A stretch of 64,000 nt of DNA from Patescibacteria group bacterium (lineage in GTDB: Bacteria > Patescibacteriota > Patescibacteriia > UBA1558 > GWA2-36-10): NCBI GenBank assembly GCA_041662585.1, contig JBAZSG010000005.1, positions 68,181 through 132,180 on the forward strand, in the 5' to 3' direction. The translations under genes were made by a program, and so were the position numbers. The notes below the pieces were generated by a model that made no database searches, was not told where the DNA came from, and saw nothing but the letters and a program-made list of their open reading frames with translations. Below, piece by piece: positions 57,596 to 64,000 of the stretch (position 1 is its first letter; each line of letters opens with the position of its first letter).

Positions 57596-59014
57596 ATGAA
57601 AAGAATAAAAACAATAGAAATAGTAAATAAAGTAGGTGAGACAGTACTAGTCAAGGGTTGGGTAAATGTTCGTAGAAATATGGGCAAAATTGCTTTTTTG
57701 GATTTACGTGACCGTTGGGGAATACTACAAGTCGTTGCTGTCCCAGCTGAGCTAGATAAAGAGTCTCAAGAAATATTGGACAATATTCGTCCAGAGTTTG
57801 TTTTGGAGATAGTTGGTATTGTCCAAGAGCGTGGTGCTAAACAAGTCAACAAAGACTTGCCAACCGGCACAGTAGAGCTTTTGGCCAAGAAAATTGTTAT
57901 TTTATCTGAAGCCCAGACACCACCTTTTGAAATAGACAATGAAGATAGACAAGCCAATGAGGAATTGAGGCTAAAATATCGCTATTTAGATCTTCGTCAT
58001 GAGCGCATGAAAAATAATATTGTCGCTCGTGCTAAAGTCATAATGTTTTTGAGAAATTGGCTTTCCAAAAATGATTTTATAGAAGTACAAACTCCAATAT
58101 TATCCAAATCTACTCCCGAAGGAGCTAGAGATTATTTGGTACCTTCTCGTCTTCATCCAGGAGAGTTTTTTGCCTTGCCTCAAGCTCCACAACAATACAA
58201 ACAGCTTTTGATGGTCGCTGGGATTGATAGATATTTTCAAGTAGCTCCTTGTTTTAGAGATGAAGATGCTAGAGCTGATAGAAGTCCAGGAGAGTTTTAT
58301 CAACTGGATATGGAGATGAGTTTTATGACCCAAGATGAGATTCTTGATTTGACGGAGAGGATGTTTACTGAAATGGTAGAGACTTTATTTCCCGAAAAGA
58401 AAATTACTCAGAAACCATGGCCCAAAATAGACCATGATGAAGCAATGAAGAAATATGGTAGTGATAAGCCAGATTTGAGAAAAGATAAAAATGATCCAAA
58501 TGAATTGGCTTTTACTTGGGTGATTAATTTTCCTTTATTTGCCAAGCAAACTGATGAAGATAGGTTTATCGGTGCTGGAGATACTTGGGGACCAAGTCAC
58601 AATATGTTTACAGCTCCTCAGGAAAAGGATATAGCATTGCTTGATACTGATCCCGGGAAAGTCAAATCATATCAACATGATCTTGCTCTCAATGGTTTTG
58701 AAGTAGGTGGTGGAGCAGTCCGTATTCATGATATGAAAATTCAGGAAAAAGTTTGGGATTTGATAGGTTTTTCTGACGAACAAAAAAAACAATTTAAGCA
58801 TTATTTTGAAGCTTTTAAGTATGGTGTACCACCTCATGGTGGTATAGCCCCAGGTCTGGATAGATTGCTGATGGTAATTTTGGGAGAAAAAAATCTCAAA
58901 GAAGTGACTGCTTTTCCTTTGACTTCAGATGGTCGGGATCCAATGATGGAGTCTCCAGCGACAGTCAGTAAGGAACAGCTAGATGAGCTTCATTTGATGA
59001 TCAAGAAAAAATGA
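57596..59014 (+). CDS. aspS: Aspartate--tRNA ligase, short form without GAD insertion
   Basis: LKYRYLDLR, PEGARDY, CFRDED, YGSDKPDLR joined directly to LAFTWV, PPHGGIAPGLDR. Confidence 0.95.
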   Translation: MKRIKTIEIVNKVGETVLVKGWVNVRRNMGKIAFLDLRDRWGILQVVAVPAELDKESQEILDNIRPEFVLEIVGIVQERGAKQVNKDLPTGTVELLAKKIVILSEAQTPPFEIDNEDRQANEELRLKYRYLDLRHERMKNNIVARAKVIMFLRNWLSKNDFIEVQTPILSKSTPEGARDYLVPSRLHPGEFFALPQAPQQYKQLLMVAGIDRYFQVAPCFRDEDARADRSPGEFYQLDMEMSFMTQDEILDLTERMFTEMVETLFPEKKITQKPWPKIDHDEAMKKYGSDKPDLRKDKNDPNELAFTWVINFPLFAKQTDEDRFIGAGDTWGPSHNMFTAPQEKDIALLDTDPGKVKSYQHDLALNGFEVGGGAVRIHDMKIQEKVWDLIGFSDEQKKQFKHYFEAFKYGVPPHGGIAPGLDRLLMVILGEKNLKEVTAFPLTSDGRDPMMESPATVSKEQLDELHLMIKKK

Positions 59015-59018
59015 TTTA

Positions 59019-59047
59019 AAAAACCTCAGCTAGTCTGAGGTTTTTTT
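59019..59047 (+). terminator. Terminator after aspS
   Basis: aaaacctcag-ctagt-ctgaggttttttt. Confidence 0.75.
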
Positions 59048-59080
59048 GACAAAAATACAATAATGCTTTATACTATAAAA

Positions 59081-59222
59081 GTATTTTAAGTTCTCTCAGC
59101 CACACAGCTACAGAAAGAGAAATAATCTCATTGTTTTGTTTTTCGAGGTTTAAATCCTTTTTCTCCCTGTTGTTTACTGGTGGTTCATCTTGGCAAAGAG
59201 GTGGCATCTGTCACCTCTTTTT
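59081..59222 (+). ncRNA. Candidate small RNA, about 140 nt
   Basis: TTGACA-N17-TATACT (59046-59074), rod-like self-complementarity, terminator aaagaggtggca-tc-tgtcacctctttt. Confidence 0.5.
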
Positions 59223-59326
59223 ATATTATATTGATTTTTATTATTCAGTAATACTTTTATTTTAATTGAAAAAAATATTCTTAAATGTTATAATAAAGAT
59301 GCGTTTTTATTATTTTTAGACTGTAA

Positions 59327-60031
59327 ATGCATCAAATACAATTGGAACAATTTGAAGGTCCACTGGATCTTTTACTGAAATTGATTGAAAAAAATAAGCT
59401 ACAGATCATAGAAATATCTTTGGCCAAAATAACCGATCAATATCTATCATATATAGAAGAAGGAGAAAATATAGCTTCCACTGAGGTAGCTGATTTTTTA
59501 TTGATAGCTTCCAAATTGATTTATCTAAAATCAAAATATTTGTTGCCGGATTTTGATTTAGAAGATGAAGAAGACGCTGCTTCTTTGGAAAATCAACTAA
59601 AAATATATAGACAATACTATGATGCTAGTAAATTGATAGACAAACAGTTTTCGGATTTATCCAAAATTTCTTATGCTCGTGTTGTACCCTATAAATTACC
59701 CATTGAAAAAGGTTTTGCTCCTCCTAGCAATATTGATAAAGATGATATGAGAGATATTTTTGTCTTGGCTATTTCCAAAATAGCCAGAATAGTAAATTTG
59801 CCAAAAGCTATTATAGCACGAGCAATTTCTATCAGTGAAAAAATAAAAGACTTACAGGAGCTTATCAAAATACATAGCAAAATAAGTTTTAATAAGATGT
59901 TTAAAAAACAAGATAAGACCGAGACGGTAGTCAATTTTTTGGCTATGTTGGAGCTTATTAAGCGTAGAGAAATAGAAGTAGAACAAAGTTCTTTGTTTAG
60001 TGATCTAAATATATTAAGAAATCACAAATAG
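59327..60031 (+). CDS. scpA: Segregation and condensation protein A
   Basis: FEGPLDLLL, KSKYLLP, FLAMLEL. Confidence 0.93.
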   Translation: MHQIQLEQFEGPLDLLLKLIEKNKLQIIEISLAKITDQYLSYIEEGENIASTEVADFLLIASKLIYLKSKYLLPDFDLEDEEDAASLENQLKIYRQYYDASKLIDKQFSDLSKISYARVVPYKLPIEKGFAPPSNIDKDDMRDIFVLAISKIARIVNLPKAIIARAISISEKIKDLQELIKIHSKISFNKMFKKQDKTETVVNFLAMLELIKRREIEVEQSSLFSDLNILRNHK

Positions 60032-60032
60032 T

Positions 60033-60593
60033 ATGAAAAAAAACTCTTTATCCATTTTGGAATCATTGTTTTTGGCAGCTGGTAAGGCACTTACTTATAA
60101 AGAAGTGACCAAACTAATAGATTGCAACGAAGAACAACTTAAGCAATTGTTAGCTGAGTTAAAAGAAAAATATAACAAAGAAGATAGTGGTATTCATATT
60201 TTGGATAATAATCAAAAAATCCAATTTGTCTCTAATCCAGAAAATATAAGTGTGCTAAAAGAATATTTCCATGATGAGTTTAGTGGTGAACTTAGCAAAC
60301 CATCTTTGGAAACCTTGACTATTATTGCTTATCGTCAACCAATAAGTAAAGAAGAATTGGAGCAAATCAGGGGAGTAAATTGTGCTATGATTATTCGCAA
60401 TTTGCTTATCAGAGGACTGATTGAAGAAAGTTCAGACAAGGATAGTCTATCTACCAATTATGCGGTTACTATGGATTTTTTGAAATATATGGGTATTGCT
60501 AGTGTCCAAGATTTACCAGATTATGAAAAACTAAATAGTGATGAAAATTTACAAAAGCTTTTAGAAGATAGTGAGGATAATAAAGATTCATAA
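60033..60593 (+). CDS. scpB: Segregation and condensation protein B
   Basis: LETLTIIAYRQP, IRGVN. Confidence 0.94.
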   Translation: MKKNSLSILESLFLAAGKALTYKEVTKLIDCNEEQLKQLLAELKEKYNKEDSGIHILDNNQKIQFVSNPENISVLKEYFHDEFSGELSKPSLETLTIIAYRQPISKEELEQIRGVNCAMIIRNLLIRGLIEESSDKDSLSTNYAVTMDFLKYMGIASVQDLPDYEKLNSDENLQKLLEDSEDNKDS

Positions 60594-60600
60594 AATATTA

Positions 60601-60666
60601 TTACTCGTATCTGCACCGATTGCTCCGTTGCTACGCAAAGTCGCATCTGGCGCAGAATACTCGTAA
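60601..60666 (-). repeat. Structured intergenic element, family A copy 3
   Basis: Reverse complement: ttacga...agatgcgactttgcgtagcaacggagcaatcg...gagtaa. Confidence 0.88.
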
Positions 60667-60708
60667 TTTATAACATTAATGAAGATAGAAAAGAAACTTA
60701 AAAATACA

Positions 60709-61383
60709 ATGCGTTTGGCCAAATTTTTGGCTGAAGCAGGTATTGCTTCACGACGTAAATCAGAAGAGTTGATTAGAACTGCTCAGGTCAAAATAGCTGG
60801 TCAAATAGTCGATAATGTAGCTACCAATGTATCGCTTGATCAAGATGACATTACAGTAAATGGCCAAAAGATTTCACTTGATAAAAAAGTTTATTTTTTA
60901 TTAAACAAACCAAAAGGTTATATTTCTTCAGTCAGTGATCCTCACAATACCAAAACAGCAGTATCTTTGTTGCCAAAAAACCCTAGAGTATTTCCTGTAG
61001 GCAGACTAGATATGGATTCATCCGGATTGCTATTGCTTACAAATGATGGAGAATTGACTTATCGTTTAACTCATCCCAAATTTGAAATAAAAAAAACTTA
61101 TGTAGCTACAGTCAATAAAAAATTAGACAAAAATATTGTAGCTATTCTTAAACAAGGCATTAAATTACCAGAAGGGTTAGCCAAGGCTGATAAAGCCAGA
61201 ATATTAAATGATTATCAATTGGAAATAGTAATTCATCAAGGTTGGAATAGACAAATACGACGTATGCTAGGAGCAGAGGGTTTACGCGTGACAGAGCTAA
61301 AAAGAATAGCAGAGGGTAAACTGAAGTTAGATGATTTAGCCAGTGGTGAATATAAAGTATTAAAATTACAAGATATTTTATGA
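60709..61383 (+). CDS. rluB: rRNA pseudouridine synthase RluB/RsuA family (alternative start 60679)
   Basis: MRLAKFLA..GIASRR, VGRLD, GWNRQIRRM. Confidence 0.88.
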   Translation: MRLAKFLAEAGIASRRKSEELIRTAQVKIAGQIVDNVATNVSLDQDDITVNGQKISLDKKVYFLLNKPKGYISSVSDPHNTKTAVSLLPKNPRVFPVGRLDMDSSGLLLLTNDGELTYRLTHPKFEIKKTYVATVNKKLDKNIVAILKQGIKLPEGLAKADKARILNDYQLEIVIHQGWNRQIRRMLGAEGLRVTELKRIAEGKLKLDDLASGEYKVLKLQDIL

Positions 61384-62024
61384 AGATAATAGCTAAAAAA
61401 AGAATACTTTGTTTTGGTGATTCAAACACTTGGGGCTGGGTTCCTTTTAGTATGGGAGCCAAAAGATATTCACTTGATAAACGTTGGACAGGCATACTTC
61501 AAAAAAGTTTAGGAGATGATTATGAAATTATTGAAGAGGGATTAGGAGGTAGGACTACAATGTTTGATGATCCTAGACCAGAATTTCCACAGAGAAATGG
61601 ACTTCAAATTTTGCCTATTATTTTGGAAACTCATTTGCCTTTAGATTATGTAATATTAATGTTAGGTACTACTGACACAAAAGAAATGTTTAATTTATCA
61701 AGTCAGAAAACAACCAAAGGGATGCAAAAAATAATTCAGACAATAAAAAATTATAGAGTATTGGAGGGTTTTTCAAGTCCACAGATTCTTCTTATTGTTC
61801 CTCCAATTGTAGTTGAAGAAACTGATTTTGCTTCAAAGTTATTTAAAGGTGCTTCTGAGAAATCAAAAAAATTAGTTAAATTTTATAAAGAATTAAGTAA
61901 ACAAGAAAAAATTCTTTATCTTGATCCAACGCAAGAGGTAAAAGTTGATCAGAAAGAGGGTATTCATATTGATGAAACTAATCATGAAAAATTAGCAAAA
62001 TTAATTTATGAAAAAATAAAATAA
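61380..62024 (+). CDS. SGNH/GDSL hydrolase
   Basis: FGDSNTWG, EEGLGGRT, MLGTTD, GIH. Confidence 0.88.
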   Translation: MKIIAKKRILCFGDSNTWGWVPFSMGAKRYSLDKRWTGILQKSLGDDYEIIEEGLGGRTTMFDDPRPEFPQRNGLQILPIILETHLPLDYVILMLGTTDTKEMFNLSSQKTTKGMQKIIQTIKNYRVLEGFSSPQILLIVPPIVVEETDFASKLFKGASEKSKKLVKFYKELSKQEKILYLDPTQEVKVDQKEGIHIDETNHEKLAKLIYEKIK

Positions 62025-62950
62025 TGAATCTTTGGTTATTAGTATCTACAATAATAATTAGTTTGGGTTTTAGCGCTAGTTCTAGCTATCAATTACCATT
62101 GATTAGTATTTTTCAGAGTGAAGATGGTGTATCAGCCAATTTGGAAGAGGCAAACATTGATGAAACACACCAGATAATACCTCACAAAATAAACAATAAA
62201 TCTTTGGGAGTAAAAATTTCAGCTGTATCAGCGGCAGTGATGGATAAAAATACTGGACTTATTTTGTGGCAAAAAAATGCCAATGAAAAAAGATCGGTGG
62301 CTAGTATTAGCAAGCTCATGACAGCTTTGGTGTTTTTGGATCATAATCCAGGTTGGAATACTGAAATCACTATGAAAATAGAAGATGAGATAAACGGAGG
62401 TACAAATCATATATTGAGAGACGAGCTTGTCAAAGTAAAAGATGTTTTTTACACTGCACTTATTGCTTCTGACAATACGGCTACTAGAGCCCTAGCACGA
62501 AGCACTGGATTATCAGAAGAGGAATTTATAAAAGCTATGAACAGCAAAGCCAAAGAATTGTCATTAAAAAATACCAGTTTTGTAGATATGACAGGCTTAC
62601 AAGATGCCAATCAATCCACAGCTTTAGATGTTTTGAGTTTGGCTAATACAGCTTTTGCTAATAGTAGCATCAAAGATGCTGTAGGACATTCGGTTTATAA
62701 TTTTCAAGCTGTGAGTGGTCAAAATCACAAAATAGTTAGTACCAACAAGCTTTTTAGTAGCTTTTTGGATATCAGTGCTGGTAAAACTGGTTTTACCAAT
62801 GAAGCTGGTTATTGTTTGGTAGCTGAGGTAAATGGAGAAAATAACAACAATATTATTTCAGTAGTTTTGGGTTCAGATACTCATGATGGACGCTTTCAAG
62901 AACTAAAGATATTGTCAGCTTGGATTTTTGATAATTTTAGCTGGTTTTAA
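62024..62950 (+). CDS. D-Ala-D-Ala carboxypeptidase/endopeptidase (S11)
   Basis: SISK, SDN, KTG. Confidence 0.88.
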   Translation: MNLWLLVSTIIISLGFSASSSYQLPLISIFQSEDGVSANLEEANIDETHQIIPHKINNKSLGVKISAVSAAVMDKNTGLILWQKNANEKRSVASISKLMTALVFLDHNPGWNTEITMKIEDEINGGTNHILRDELVKVKDVFYTALIASDNTATRALARSTGLSEEEFIKAMNSKAKELSLKNTSFVDMTGLQDANQSTALDVLSLANTAFANSSIKDAVGHSVYNFQAVSGQNHKIVSTNKLFSSFLDISAGKTGFTNEAGYCLVAEVNGENNNNIISVVLGSDTHDGRFQELKILSAWIFDNFSWF

Positions 62951-62981
62951 ATAGCATTTTGTTTTATACTTATTAATAATT

Positions 62982-63473
62982 ATGGATATATCTTGGGTAT
63001 ATAATATTGATCCAGCTTTAGCTACATTTTTGATGTCAATGTTGCCAGTACTTGAGCTCAGAGCAGCTATTCCCATTGCTATTGCCAACTTTGATTTACC
63101 AGCGTGGTATATATTTGTGGTAGCAGTGCTTGGTTCTTTTGTTCCGGGAATATTTATTATTTATTATTTAGGACCAATATCCAATTTTTTTAGAAAATGG
63201 TCTGTTTTGGACAAATTTTTTAGCTGGTTATTTGCTAGAACTAGAGCCAAATTTGATAAAAAATATGCTCATTTAGGTAGTATAGCTTTGATGATTTTTG
63301 TAGCCATACCACTACCAGGTACAGGAGTTTGGACTGGATCTTTGGTAGCTTGGTTGTTTGCTTTCAACAAAAAACAAGCCTTGATATATATTGGTATGGG
63401 CTCAGTCATAGCTGGAGCATTGGTTACTATGATATCAGTCGGGGTGTTGACCATTTTTGATTTTCTGCCATAG
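62982..63473 (+). CDS. Small multidrug export family membrane protein
   Basis: PVLELRAAIP, FVAIPLPGTGVWTG. Confidence 0.85.
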   Translation: MDISWVYNIDPALATFLMSMLPVLELRAAIPIAIANFDLPAWYIFVVAVLGSFVPGIFIIYYLGPISNFFRKWSVLDKFFSWLFARTRAKFDKKYAHLGSIALMIFVAIPLPGTGVWTGSLVAWLFAFNKKQALIYIGMGSVIAGALVTMISVGVLTIFDFLP

Positions 63474-63488
63474 GCAGACAAGTATAAT

Positions 63489-64000
63489 ATGAAAAAATAT
63501 AAACAAACTATAGTTGCCAATTGGAAATTAAAGCTAAATATTGATGAAGCTGTATCTTTGGCCAATGAATTAAAAGAAAAATTGACCAAAGAAAAATTGA
63601 TAGATAAGAAGGTAGTACTTTGCCCTAGTTTTTTGACTATCAGAGAAGTGGCCAAAGTTTTGAAAAATACCAATATAGCTTTGGGTGCCCAAGATGCTTT
63701 TTCAGAAGACCAAAATATAGCTACAAGCGATCTCAAAACATTGGGTTGTGAATATATCATTGTTGGGCATTCAGATAGAAGAGCAATGGGTGATACTGAT
63801 AAATTGGTAAATAAAAAAGCTAGAGCAGTTTTGGCCAACAATATGATCCCTATTATTTGTGTAGGTGAGACTTTGGAAGAATACAACAGTGGCAAGACCA
63901 AAGAAGTCTTGGCTAGACAAGTTTCTCAAGCTTTGGATGGTTTTGATAATAAATATTTTATACTAGCCTATGAGCCAGTTTGGTCTATTAGTACTAGTGG
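63489..64000 (+). CDS. tpiA: Triosephosphate isomerase, divergent (3' truncated by window; absent from ORF track)
   Basis: ANWK, GAQD, VGHSDRR, CVGE, AYEPVW. Confidence 0.88.
   Translation, partial: MKKYKQTIVANWKLKLNIDEAVSLANELKEKLTKEKLIDKKVVLCPSFLTIREVAKVLKNTNIALGAQDAFSEDQNIATSDLKTLGCEYIIVGHSDRRAMGDTDKLVNKKARAVLANNMIPIICVGETLEEYNSGKTKEVLARQVSQALDGFDNKYFILAYEPVWSISTS

Noticed and set aside
26592-60666. Repeats as a CRISPR array
   Set aside because: Copies are dispersed over tens of kb, with no spacer periodicity and no cas genes
1858-62410. Numerous 60-146 aa ORFs nested in or antisense to identified genes
   Set aside because: No motifs or expression signals; expected shadow ORFs
63269-63901. 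210-aa minus-strand ORF
   Set aside because: Antisense shadow of tpiA, which the track missed because it runs off the window
1-64000. Alternative genetic code (UGA=Gly)
   Set aside because: Conserved genes are full-length under code 11 and several end in TGA

Overview
AT-rich bacterial chromosome segment using the standard genetic code. Gene content and style (SD-poor, near-leaderless housekeeping genes, tandem gpmI, short AspS, degenerate TsaB) suggest Patescibacteria/CPR; this is an inference. Backbone: pgk, eno, gpmI x2, tpiA, uppP, manC, mltG, rplJ/L with an L10 leader, mraZ-rsmH-ftsL-ftsI-murF, rplU, recR, ybaB, dnaB, argS, asnS, aspS, scpAB, rluB and four tRNAs. Accessory content: a cluster of 7TM sensor paralogs interleaved with acyl-CoA ligase, NadE and reductase genes; an AlgI/AlgJ pair; a NuoF-like plus [FeFe]-hydrogenase module; an RND pump. 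Best hidden signals: (1) tandem ribosome-mediated attenuators, with an Asn-rich leader peptide in front of a tRNA-Asn gene, a Cys-rich leader in front of cysteine synthase, and a third attenuator of the same design in front of an orphan ORF; (2) five 66-67 nt intergenic elements in two families, with shared TT(G/A)CGA...GAG(C/T)AA ends, covarying stems, tandem GA pairs and (family A) GNA triloops; (3) single genes inserted between 20-31 bp direct repeats; (4) several unannotated SD-led microproteins and an sRNA candidate. All calls come from reading motifs by eye; no searches or folding programs were run.
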